NCBI GenBank assembly: GCA_009103225.1
Contig: RHPI01002533.1
Location: 938,682 to 1,002,681, forward strand
Source: Chlorokybus atmophyticus
Taxonomy: Eukaryota; Plantae; Mesostigma and Chlorokybus algae
Direction: 5' to 3'
Length of the DNA stretch: 64,000 bases
Shown piece by piece: positions 41,171 through 53,289 of this stretch. The position numbers and the translations under genes were made by a program. Positions within the stretch are counted from its first letter, which is position 1, and the number at the start of each line of letters is the position of its first letter. The notes under the pieces are model-generated. The model made no database searches. It saw only the letters and a list, made by a program, of their open reading frames with translations, and had not been told where the DNA came from.

Positions 41171-44100
41171 TTTATTTTACATCTGCAGCAGACGTAGCTG
41201 ACATCAGGCATCAGCCCCCCCCCTCCGAGTTGTTGCNATGGCTGCAAATGATGCCGTTTGGCAATGGAGCTTCCCGTGTTGGTTGCATATTCCAATGCCT
41301 CGATCACACTATTGAATTTGAAGTATTGTTCGTCTCCGTAGGAAAAGCAAATCATTGTGTGCTTTATCTCTGGCACTGGCGTGCAGGCTGAGCTTGTCGC
41401 TATATCTGTGTAAAAAGCCTGCACGCAGAAGGCAAAAGCGTGTATCAGTTGCACTGACAGAAACAAGCAGTTGCCTGTGATGGAACGGCTTGCTTGCGAC
41501 TGAAGAGAAGGAACAGCTCTCTCTCGCACACACACACGCACACACACGCACACACCCCCACACACACACATGTACACTGTGATGGCAATGCTCTACACTG
41601 CAATTAACCATGTACAACATACAATCGCGCAGCCAGCACATTCATAGACACTGCATGCACAGTGACTAGCAGCACAACCTACCTGATCACTCTCTTGTCT
41701 GCAAGTTGCACCACACGTCCTACGTCCTACTGCATGCCCTACAAACAGCAAAGTAGCACAAGCAATTAGATTTCCACCATCTTCATTATGTATCAGAGTG
41801 TTGCAAGGTGCATAGCAGTACACTTATCAAGCAGCTCCTACATACTCACAATACTACGCTATGCTCCAAAGTTTAGCGACGCACCCCCAACAGAGGCACT
41901 CGGATATGTCTTCCTTGTGGTCCCCATCGTACCGGCGGGAGTCCTCATATCGGACTGTGACAACTCCACATTGCCAGGGCGCGGGCGTGGTTGCAGTCCT
42001 ACATTTGACGTCCTCCTGGCCCGTAGCATGTTGCCATCGGCATCAACATAACACATATTCTCCGCATCCCAGACAGGGGGTCTAGGCGGCGGCTGCTGGA
42101 CACGGACGCACGGCGCATCAGATGACTCAAAATTTCGTACATGGCATGTATGTGCACACGCAGCAGAGATGCACTCATATGCAAGAACAACAATGCAGCA
42201 CACGTACAATCTGACACACCTGTGACGGCCTCGCTGCAGGCAGAGCACAATGTGAATCTTGACTGGCGTAGAGTGGCAGCACCGGCGGAGGGGTAAACAT
42301 GACGGCTGCCGGCGTCACATCCACTTTTGCTGGATGCATTGCCTGCCCCGACAAGCACATGAGCATACAGCAGCATAGTAAGCATGAATGACCTGTCAGA
42401 CTTGACTATCGTTCAACACAAGTTGCACATTCACAGTCTGATACAATCAACTCACCGGCAGCAGCCGCAAGCCATCAGGGGCCACCTCCCAACACCTGCC
42501 GCTAGTCAGGGCTAGTGTGTACACCCTTGCCGCACCCAGCTGGCTCTCAATCTTGAGGTCTCTGCGCAGAATCTTCACCTGCTCTGTTTGCAGTGTACGT
42601 GCATTTTGTGCCGACGTCTTGTTCACCTTAGCCCTCTTTACGACATTGACCGCCTTGCGTTTGGACGATGCTGGCTTTTCTTTTTCAGGAGGCGAGGTAT
42701 GCTCTTGCTCCTGCCCCTCGCTATCACCCAGCTCATCACCCCCCACCATGCCCTCCTCCTCCTCGTTATGTTGTGTGCCACCCGGAGAAAGACAACCAAC
42801 CCCAAGATTGCCTTCAAGGCGATTTGAGAACACACTCGGCGTCGTAGACATTGCTATCGCCATTCGCAACACCGCCGCCGCCACCACTACAACGACGACG
42901 ACAACAACAACAACAACAACCCCGCAGCTCTGCTCCACAGCGGCAAACACAGTTTCAAACAATTTAAAACACGCGTTCCAGCCAACGGTCCCCGAGGACC
43001 CAAACCGACTCATCTAACCACACGGAATGTACTGTCCACGAGCATGTTCCCGACCAACGCCGACAATTGCAATTTTGCCATGCTTCGGTCCAGGCCGGTC
43101 CGCGCAGGGATGCCATGACCGATCAGGACTTGCGCTGCCTTGGGCAAGTTGTATCCAACCGGACAAAACCAGACCCAAGGTCCCACGCACCGGCACATCC
43201 CAATAGACACGAAATGATAATTCCACTCGAGTCCGAGGGGCACCACAGGGACCCACGCCTGTCCGACACTTTCGACATGGACCGTTTCGCTTGATGGAAC
43301 CCCCTCGGGCGATCCGACTGTATGACATTAATCATCGGAGCTTGAGACCCTGGTTCGATTCCTGCCTCGCACACGAATTCCGCGGTCGTTGTTTCTCGAT
43401 CCAATAAAATCGTAAATGGTCACTTCATAAGTGCCATCATCGATGGGTCGCGAATTGCCTTATGGCAGTCGCGTCAGACTGACCAGTTCAGTCGGCGCGG
43501 CAGGATGCGACTTGCCTATCGCGGCGACGCAACCTGTGGGGCCGGCAGCGGTGCGCTATGCGCGCGTTGACCGGTATGGGCCTAAAATTGGCCGGTCCTT
43601 GGGTGGTGGGGCCGGTGACCGACCCTAAATCAGACCCTTGGGAAGATTCCCCAGCTGATGAGCGCCAGCTGCCGAGGACGTCAGCGTTCTTAAGTTAAGG
43701 GGGGGAATGTAACGGGAAGGTACATCAAATTACCACAAATCGACCATAAAAGCACCAAGTCTTTTGTGGTCGAGTGGGCTGTGACAAGCCTGCTAAATAT
43801 AAGACATGTGGATGTTGTGGCGGCGCAATGCCGGCCAACCTGCGCGAGGTTGTTGCTGCTGGGGTTAGGCATGGTTGGTGAGTGGATGGTGCTGTGGCGG
43901 CGCTACTTACTGCGGCAGCAGCGGCAGCTTGAGACTTGAGCATGCGTGGGTAAGTATCACACTTACACGGTGTTGCATGCAGTGGTGTGTGTGGCGCTCT
44001 AAACTTGTGATGATGTGCATGTGCATGTAGCATGAACAGCAAGTGTGGGCAGTGTGTTACAGTTCTTGTGTATGTGGCGCTCTCAACATGTGATGGGTGC

Positions 44101-44227
44101 GGGGTGCATGTGCATGCATCATAAACGCCGCCTGTGTCAAAAGTGTAGCATATTGTGTTTCACGCGTGCTATGTACAAGGTAGTGTGTACTCCTATTTAC
44201 AAGCTGTAAGATGCATGTTAAAGCAAG

Positions 44228-47198
44228 CTAGTACAAGATCTTTGCAAGGCGGTAGCCGCCTCTCTTGTTGGCCCATGCGCGATGCTTGGCGACTGCGTTG
44301 GCGCTGAGGGCAGCTCTTGCAATCCCTACAGCAGCGCAGGTGAGATCAGTGACGTCGATGCTGGCACCTGGCCCTGCACATGCTGCCTCCTCCTCATCTG
44401 TGTCGCTGTTCACTTTTTTGTTGCGCAGGGAAGCAGCAAGCTTGGCTGCTGCCTTTACAGCTTTAGCTTCTTCCTTGCGCTGCTGCTTTGCCGTCGCAAA
44501 ATGTTTCCCCTGCTGGCCGACTAAATACTGGCAACGGCCGTGCACCTGAGGATACTCATTTTAGACTGTCGTGGCTCAGTTCACCGGTAATCTCGACAAA
44601 GGGGCCTGAGCATGACGGCCGTCACCACTAGTCGACGGCCGTCTACAGAAAGGGCCTGACCGTAACTGACAGGTACCTGTCAAATACCCATCAGTCAAGA
44701 AAAAGGGATGTAACCTGACTGACACATAACTAACCAGCATCTAACAAGTAGATACCGGCAACCGTATACTACCTGATTGTGCCTGATGATATTTTGAAGC
44801 TGGTGGTATCTTCAAAGTCCTGGTCATTATGTATGCGTACCTGTTAGTACCACTTGGTCATGATTATGTATCACACAATGATTGTCATAACTTGTGCAAG
44901 ACGGTGATAAACAATCATCTTGTAATGCCAATAAAAGTTTCCCATGCTACAATGTAAACTCCACTGTGCTACTACTACTACTGCTAGTACAACCAAGCTA
45001 CTACTTCTAGTACTACTACCCTTGAACTAAGCTGCCGCTCTTGCACCGCCCGCCATTGGCGCTGGCAGCTCCGCCGCCGTTGTTCCTTGACCGCCGCCGC
45101 GCCTATAAAGCGCATAACGCGGTTAAGGCAATGAAACAAGCGCAATCAACAATAACATACACACCTACATGCTGTCGCTTGCCATGTATCGCCACCGCCG
45201 CGCCTGGCCTTGCCTGGCCGCCTTATAGTACAAAGGGTGGTTAGGCTGCCTGCGCTATTGCGCACAACACAACGTTATAACGTACTGATCCTATAATATC
45301 CTACTGTTGGCCATTGCCGCCGCCGCCGCCGCTGCTGCAGCGCTGCTGGCCCCTGCACAACGCTCACAAGTCACTTAAGTCAAGTGTTAACTTAAATTAA
45401 GCCGTTGAGCATTTGAATTGCTGCGAAAGTTACGATGGCACCATCGTACCATCACGATGGTACGATCGTGCCATCATTACGAGTACGTTAATTGCATCGT
45501 ATAAGAGGCACGACTTGCCGGCAATACGCAGTGACAAGTAGGCACTGCCGGTCACTTGCTTGTCGCAAAAGATCGCCGCGCATCATGATGACATGCTACG
45601 GTTAGGTGACGCCCGACAGTCGGACTTTGTGTTGTACATGTCTATATGCTCGTGCATGCTGACATACGCGCCCAGATGCATGATGAACAGATCTGAGATG
45701 CCGAGCATGTGTGTATACTTGTGCATGTTGACTTGTGCGCACATTTGCATGCTGAACAGAGCTTTGACTATGCACGTGCACATTGACTTACTGCCGACTT
45801 GCATGTGTCACACACAGGCTTACCTATCTTCCTGAAGCCGTTAATGACATTTTCCGGGGACATGGATGTAAGGAATGGGCTGGCTATCAGCTGGACAAAA
45901 GTCTTCTTGCACATTCTCAGATTTGGGTTCGCTGCCATTACGCGCACGTAGCCCGACTTGCATGCTTGCTTGAAGCTGTGAAAGCAGCTGACGTCAAGCA
46001 CCTGCCATGTCACAATTTACACATGTGAGTGTTCATGTACACGAATGCACAACAACCAACCCACTCTTTGTACATGTACACGGTTTGGGGAAGCACTTGC
46101 ATAAGATGGGTTAGGTGCGGGGGGAATGTGAGGATGTGGATGCCGTTGCGATGGGCATTCTTGAGCACATGTGGGTTGAGACGAGAGGAGTGTCCATCAA
46201 GCAGCAGCAAGCAGGGGGTTTTCATCGAGGCCCCACTAGGTACATTGTCCAAGAACATGTCAAACTATTGCTCACAAATCTCTGTTGTCATGTAAGCATT
46301 CTCCTGCAACAACGCAAGCATGTACACAGGTGTGAGCACTTGTGAACGCGATGGTGGCATTGACTGTGTGTATGCATGCGTCCCCTCCATACCTGCATTG
46401 CAAGACCATTGCCGGGGGGTGCATCTTCAAGCCAATCGTAAATCACCCTCTTCCCTGTGCAAATGTAGAAAGGGGGCATGTGGGCGCCAGCAGCGTTCAC
46501 ACATGCCATGATGCTGATATGCTCCCTATTCTCAGACAGTCTATGATAGGGGTTGCGGAAGCCACGAGGCGCCACCACTTTGACTGTTCCCAGGTTGTCC
46601 GGTTCTAAGCTAATTTCATCTGCATTCCAGATGCGGGAAGGGCACAAGCAAAGGTCACGCACCAAACGTTTGTACAAATCAAAGAAGTTTTGGACAGCCT
46701 CAGGGGTGGCCCATTGCCAGCGCCGGCGACCTAGCCCTTCAGCTACACACATATTGAGGTTGTGTAATGACAGGAACGGACGACACAGCTTCCTTCCAGA
46801 ACTCTTAAACTCTTCAAACATCCTCAGCCTTTTATCATTGCCCTCAAGTAGTGAGATCACCTGCAGTTGCATGCACAGTCAATGACGCACTCATGCTGCA
46901 CTGTCCCAATGAACCATATGTCTCTTACCCTATGTTGCAGTCCTACGACGGTCACCGCCATGGCATGTCGGCACATGTCCCCCACCCAGGTCACTAACTC
47001 TTCTTCCTTATTCTTGGACAAGATGGGGATACGCCCGGGCTGGCGAGGGTCACTGAACTTGACGGGGTTGCGGAAGTAGTCATTAAGTGTGGAGCAAGGC
47101 ACGCCAATGTCGTCGGCAGCTTCTTGCAATCCTCTTTTACCACCCCGCACCAGCTCACATGCAGCCATCACCTTCTCAAGCAATGTGGAATTGCGCAA
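44228..47198 (-). pseudogene. pogo/Fot1-family DDD transposase (HTH_psq, CENP-B-type HTH, DDE_1), intron-containing and decayed
   Basis: AADDIGVPCSTL; EEELVTWV; RIWNADE; REHISIMACVNAAG…PPFYI; LLLLDGHSSR…PPHLTHLMQ|VLDVSCFHSFK; SPENVINGFRKIG; basic KQQRKEEAK tail at about 44400-44500. Confidence 0.88.
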
Positions 47199-48389
47199 CT
47201 ACATGGCATACTTGAGTCCTTTCGCACACAGGAGGCGTCGCAAGTGCTTAGGCTTGAGCTTTCTGGGGGTCTTAGCTAGTGTTGCTGGTGTACAGGGTTG
47301 TTTGCGCTTGCGCATGGCTAGTGGTGTGCGATCTTTCAGGGCCTGCATTTACACATTTCAGCATGATGAGTGTTCAAGTCAGCACTCTTGGTGAGCAACC
47401 CACTCTGACTAGTTGGCTATTCAGCAAGCAAAAACAGGTGCATAGGCTAGCATGCACTCTACCATAGCATCACAACTTGCATTGCTGCAACACATCTATA
47501 CATTAACACTTTCTCACCTCGCTATTGTTGGTGTACTTGCTGTCCTGAGTATTGCGGCTCTCTTGATTGCATGATGCACGTGAGCGCACTACGGTAGCCT
47601 ACCACACAAAACAGATTGCAAGCAATGTGCAATGGCAACTGTGTGTTCTAGACGTATAGTGTCACACACGCACTATGACTACTTAGGGTAACACTATCGA
47701 ACCATGAGTCACAGCTTGTACCCACCACGGAACCAACATACAAATTTGGGCAACGTGTAACAAAATGTGTACTTTGGCCTAAAGTGGCATAACTCCGTGC
47801 TTAGATCGCCTAATTATGTAATTTTAAGTGCGTATAAAAGGCAGTTACACAGCCTACCATCTGCAAAAATCCGCACCGCCAAAGCTCTCCCAATTCTTGT
47901 TCGCGACTCTTCAAAGTTAACCATAACCATACGCACCAGCTCCTAAGATTTGAACATTTTGGCGGGCTATACTGCCTCACGAGCGTCTCGAGCTGGTGTT
48001 CTGGTTGGCCGCCGAAAACAGCATCTACAGCCGCCAAAGACCAGCATACAGCCAACTGTCCGAAGTCAGGAAATGTCCGAAGTTGGGACACATCACCCCA
48101 TGACCCTAACCCCGGACGTCGCCCAGTAATCTACCAGCGTCGCATTCGGCCGCGTCGCCTGTTACGAACGCATGTAGGCCGTCGGATACAAGAATGAAAC
48201 AATCATGTGCTTTAATCCATCAAATATGACGCGCGTGACGCGTCACTTTATAGGCGTCACTTTTGATTTTCGGCGGCTCCTTTTGGCGGCCATGTTAACT
48301 TGCTTGAAAACAAGAAACGCATGAACATGAATACATTAACGTATATGTGATATTCCTATAAATACACCCTTTTACAAAATCAGGTGACC

Positions 48390-48800
48390 AAGTAAAGATA
48401 AATGTATATACACAGGTATACTTATATACATACATGAATATATATGTATTTGTATATTACTTTAATATAGATGTACAGTTCATATATATAGCTACAGCTT
48501 GATAGATACGAGTACTTCGTAGGTATATTATTATTCTTGTAATTTATGCATATATATATGGACTAAGCATGTACAGTCACGTATATTCACATACATATAC
48601 ATACGCATATACGCATAACATACGTACATATGTATCTTTATATCACATAAAATTTATATGTATAATAAACTATATGCATATGTGTGAGTGTGAACATGAA
48701 TATATGCATATATATCAATGCATACAACGCATTCAATGCATTTCGCACTTTATATTATATATGTGCATACAATGCATGTATACAAATGTTTACATGAGTA
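48390..48800. repeat. Degenerate TA/CATA-rich simple sequence
   Basis: AT-rich alternating tracts. Confidence 0.75.
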
Positions 48801-50524
48801 ACACAATTACATCTGTAGACTTGCATAAGAATTGCATTTGCAACGAGTAAGAAGCTGCGGATGCGCTTTGGCTGGCTCGCTCGGATGTACTTCGCGCGGA
48901 TCTATCGATTGATCAATGTATTGTCGCCGCCCAGCTAATCAGAAGCTGCCGGTGCACCGGGTAGTGCTCGACTTGTTATCCGGTCAGCTAACCGCCGACC
49001 GTGCAAACACATACGCTTGCAGTCACCGTCACTTTTGGTTTGGCTTGTGCAGAGGGAATTGTGCATCACTGGGTGCCTACCAGTACTGGTATAGAGAGGT
49101 CAGACGGCATTGGTTGTGCAGAATGGTGGACTTTACCAGGGCGCTCGGATCATTGGGACAACTGTTGCAACTTTGGCTTTGTTGGGACAGAATTTGTCAT
49201 TGCTAGGGCCCTACGGACCTCGATGTTAGAGCCACTTTTTCGCAAAAGTGACGCTTCAACGGGGACTGACCTCGGCCTAGGACGAAAGATGCTGAAAACA
49301 CGATATTTAAGCTGACGGTTTTGCACAATGCAATCTGTGGTTCGAGGAGATTGGATCCCTCAGTGTGGACGCAGTGCTTACGCGTCGCATGGCCAGTGCT
49401 GTCAGTTGCCGTGGCAAGCGCTGCCCTGTCACGCTGACCGCCGCAAGCGTCATCAAATGATGTCGATGACGGTTATGGCATTGGTGGGAACGTGCGCCAC
49501 GGTGTCGATGATCAGTCGACTGTCATGAGACAGTTCATGACGTTGACTCCAGTTCACTTTTCGCGTCTTGAGCTTAGCCCAAGCAAGACAGTTGGACCGT
49601 ACCGGACGGCGGTTGTGGCCTCAACCCTCAATTTTCAAGAGGTGTGAAGCAGCAGAATGCATTGACAATACTTGATTTGAGACCCCGCATGCAGTATGCC
49701 ACGCACCTGATGCCATCAGGCCTGGTGGTGCATTTGGCACGTAGTTATCCAGAAGACAACACAATCCCCCGCGCGCCCTCGAAAGCGCCCCTCAAAATCC
49801 TCAGAGCGTGGATCCGTGCGTGGTTATCTCGTTTTCGCGCCCATACCAATCCGTCAGTGGAAGTGGATGGATCCAACTGTCGCTGGCAGGCCGCGGGTCT
49901 TTCCCGCGGCTCGTCCTTTCTCAAGTTAAAAAGCACAACCTTTGCAGGTGGCGTCGCAACTGCCGCACGCTGGCAGCACGCCATTGGTCGAATGACACGC
50001 CAAAACACGCAAACCCAAAAGCCTGCTGCAGCTGTCTGGCACGCTTCTGACACAGTTGGTACGACACGCAGCAGCAAGGCAGGCAACACCCTTTCCGGCC
50101 GGATCGACGTTTCATATTCCAAGGTTGAGAACCGAAACAACGAACGACAACCCGGCTGGACGTTAGGTTAAGGTGTCGCGTTGCTCGCCTACACGTCGTG
50201 GCCCCCTGCTTGCCGGTGGGTTCGCACTGACAGCGGAGCAGAGCTAACGTTAGAGCTAACCTGGTTCGGATTTTGGGTGTACATGAGTGTAGATCCGGCC
50301 AGCTGTCGTCTTTCGCGCCTGCTGGAACGGACGGGCGCATTTCCGGATAGTGTGTGCTTATCGCAATTACGGCGTAGCAAGGCGGCGGCGGCGGTGGCGG
50401 CGGTTAGGGCGACGGCGGTGTGGGCGAGGGCGCTGTTGTGGGGCGTTTGTTGTAGGCGGGGCAAGCTGGAGGCGGTCGCAGCAGGGGTGTTTGTCAGCGA
50501 CGACAACGGCGGTCCTCCTCCCTC

Positions 50525-52416
50525 ATGACTCGGAAATGCTCGTATTGCGGGCATCACGGGCACAATTCTAGGACTTGCCCTGACCGTGGGGTGAGGCTCT
50601 TCGGCGTGCGCCTGACGGCTGCTGGGGCTGCTGGTGGGGCCGATACTGGCATGCGCAAGAGCGCGTCTATGCACAACCTGAGCAACCATCACGTCGGTGG
50701 AGGCGGTGGGGGTGTCGGAGTTGTCGGTGGTAGCGCTTCGGGATTAGGTGCTGCTGCGGGTGGTATTGAAAGGGGTGACTCTACTCCCAAAGGAGACAGT
50801 GCGCAGGAAGGGTATTTGTCGGACTCCATGGTGCACACGGAGTCTGCCACCTCCGTCAAAGAGCGGAAGAAGGGTGCGTGTTTGGTCTTCGTTGAGGTTG
50901 CTATGCGCTAGGTTCATGCTCGCTTGACGCAGTAGTTCAACCTTGTGTCGGCTTACTTATTACCATTATCTCTACTACACCGAATGCTTGTTTTGCAATA
51001 AATTTCGCGCTGTCTAGGGGATGTTTTGGTCCGTGTTTGGCATTACTTGTTTCCCGTGTTCGGGCTTTTATGCAGGGCCTTGGCATTCACAGCAGATAGT
51101 CTGTCTAACGTTCCATAGCCTGGTGCCGCAATGATACAGTCTGAGCCACCGATGCTGTGGAATGATTGTTGTTGCGTCCAGTCATTGCATGCTAGCGGTG
51201 TGTGTGGCAACCTTGTGTTATATGTCGTTGGATGGCATTTCGCATTTGCCTCTTTTGCATCCGAGTTTGTGGTGTGTGGCAGCTTTGTCCACGTATTTCA
51301 TGTGTCCTTATTCTCTTTGCTCAACAGGGGTTCCATGGACTGAAGAAGAGCACCGCCTCTTCTTAGTGGGCCTGCAGAAGTTAGGCAAAGGTGATTGGAG
51401 AGGCATTTCCAGACACGTTGTCCAGACGCGCACACCTACCCAGGTCGCTTCGCACGCTCAGAAGTATTTTATTCGTCAAAATAACTTGAACAAGCGGAAG
51501 CGGCGTTCGTCACTTTTCGACATTGTGAATGACTTGGTAAGTGCAGACAGCTGCTTGCAAAAGGCTGCTGACCTAAATGCTTACAGCTGCGCATGCTTAT
51601 ACTATGACCTGTGTGCAGGCCCCCGCTGCTAGCACAAGCACTGCTTCTGCCGCTGAAACCAAGCCTGTGCCTGTGCCATCACCACCACAGTCGGCGCCCA
51701 GTGTGTCCAGTACCCCTGCGCATAGTTACCCGCCTGCAACATTCCTACACCCGTTCTTTGACCTGAGCGCCCAACAACATTATGCGCTCGACCCTCACAG
51801 ACCGCATGCGTATCCTGTGGGGGTGCCTCTCGGCATCCCACCTGCCGGTGTGCCTGTCTTTGCAGTGCCAGGGCAACAAGCAGCGCTTCAGTTGCATATG
51901 CCAGTGGCAACAGGGCAACCGCAAGTGGCAGCAGATGCAAGCAAAAGCGACGCGGCATCAGCACCATCCCATTCTCAGACCCCACCAACAGATGCATTGG
52001 CCTCTGACTCTCAGCAGCCAGCCGCGACAACATCATTGGGGGTGCCAGCAGCAAGCATCAACGGCAGCGGGATGGCGACAGCTGCACAGCAACTGCCTGC
52101 TGGCGGAGCTTACCCTATGTTACCCGACGGCCGATACCTTGTACTGCCATGGCCATCATTACATTTCCCTTATGGTGCTGCACCCAGTAGCTCTGCACCT
52201 GCGGAAGGAAGCTCTAAGATATGCCGTCCTCAACCAAGCCGGCCGGCAACTGTTGGCAAACCGCCATCCGAAGGGCTTTTGAGTTCTTCATCAGACGATG
52301 GCTCTTCTGGCATGCGCCCCTCGCAACTCACATTGAAGCTGTTTGAGGGAACGCAGAGGCCAAGTGCTTTCCATGTTCAAGAAGCGGTGGATAACGCTTC
52401 CATAAGTGTCGTGTAA
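50525..52416 (+). CDS. CCHC zinc-knuckle and single-repeat SHAQKYF MYB transcription factor (MYBS3/KUA1/MYBH type)
   Basis: Exons 50525-50873, 51328-51536 and 51619-52416. Motifs: [43 protein letters not shown]|[12 protein letters not shown]…[15 protein letters not shown]…KRRSSLFD, and the C-terminal LTLKL…RPSAFH. Confidence 0.93.
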
Positions 52417-52939
52417 GGGACATAGAAGGAGTGTGTACAGGCATTGTTCTTCAGCAGCATCTTGGAGGCTGCTATTCTTTGTATAGGTCGCTGTGTACTG
52501 CAGTGGGTAGCTTGTCGTACGTGGCATGTGCATTCCATCTATAGACTAGTGTCAGAAACTGTGTAAGGCATATTTGCCAAAGATATAGTAGTAAGCATGG
52601 TGCTTGAGCGTGATGTGCTCTTTTGACATTCAGCATGTGATAGCTGCACTGTGGCCGGTTTGCTTGGCAATTTATGAATGCCAGCACATGCTGATGACAT
52701 TTGCTGCACTTATACTGAGCATGTGTACAGAATATGCACGCGACGTATGCAACATGCACGACACATGCATGGACACAAAAAAACCACAACCACACTCACC
52801 TCTATCACGACCGCCAGGCTAGGTACACGCGACCTACTGCTACCTTCTGCTTCACTACTCTATTGCCCAACATTGTCAGTCTGCAAGCATGCATCACCTG
52901 CCACATCGCCAGTAGAGCTTTGACCTGCCATTGCGCAGG

Positions 52940-53119
52940 CTATCGGGCTACTTAGCTCTGTACCGGCAGCGCGTGTCTTGCGCGCTGCAGCGTGCCCAGG
53001 GCATCACCATCCTGGAGCGGGGGGCGGCAGTCGTAGCGGCAGTACCAGGCTGGGGTCCGGTCCAGACGGCGGCGCCAACGGCGGAAACGGACGCTGTGCT
53101 GGCGGCTGCGGCAGTGTAG
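52940..53119 (+). mobile_element. Possible 3' tail of a CRE-like (RLE-type) non-LTR retrotransposon ORF
   Basis: YRQRVSCALQRAQGITIL resembles the QRLSVALQRGNA-type C-terminus of such elements. The segment is a GC-rich island with no upstream RT visible. Confidence 0.35.
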
Positions 53120-53289
53120 TTTTCGTGTAGGCGGGCTTGTATGCCGCTGGCATGCGTGTGAGTATGCTTGTGCAGTGATAGGTAGGGATGACAGTACGTA
53201 GCTTGGTGTGAGGATGTTGCTGTTAGTGTATGTATATTTTACCCCAGTCTACACCACAAGCCTCAGCCCTAGCACTGGCATGCGGACTG

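Larger units (their letters stand above)
31715..43320 (-). mobile_element. Academ (AcademX-type) DNA transposon, 11.6 kb, carrying a DNA methyltransferase cargo gene
   Basis: TIRs CAGCCGGATCGCCCGAGGGG (31715-31734) and CCCCTCGGGCGATCCGACTG (43301-43320) are 19/20 identical. The 4 bp TSD TATG sits at 31711-14 and 43321-24. The DDE transposase, XPG-like nuclease and Cys8 finger architecture is the one described for AcademX. Confidence 0.88.
31638..43786 (+). mobile_element. TRIM-like miniature LTR element (TRIM-B), 5' LTR interrupted by the Academ insertion
   Basis: The 5' LTR 31638-31714 plus 43325-43327 reconstitutes TGTAAG…GGGCTATGACA. The 3' LTR at 43708-43786 reads TGTAAC…GGGCTGTGACA. PPT AAGGGGGGGAA at 43697-43707. 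Flanks ATCCT (31633-37) and AGCCT (43787-91) are a 4/5 TSD match. Each LTR contains a 13 bp stem, TCGACCACAAAAG/CTTTTGTGGTCGA (one mismatch in the 3' copy). Confidence 0.85.
31417..48090 (-). mobile_element. Outer pogo/Fot1-like (Tc1/mariner superfamily) DNA transposon, expanded by nested insertions; exact ends uncertain
   Basis: Inverted match between TGTCCCAAACTTCGGACACTTTCC (31417-31440) and GGAAATGTCCGAAGTTGGGACA (48069-48090). The core ACTTCGGAC recurs once more at each end (31613-31622; 48058-48067 inverted). The pogo transposase lies at 44.2-47.2 kb. No TA TSD was seen. Confidence 0.55.

Noticed and set aside
43330-43370. GGTTCGATTCC considered as a tRNA gene
   Set aside because: No cloverleaf forms: the anticodon arm and acceptor stem are missing. 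It is reported as a B-box-like motif instead.
48850-50520. GC-rich ORFs of 100-175 aa upstream of the MYB gene
   Set aside because: They overlap on both strands and lack motifs. The region is more likely promoter, 5' UTR or old repeat.
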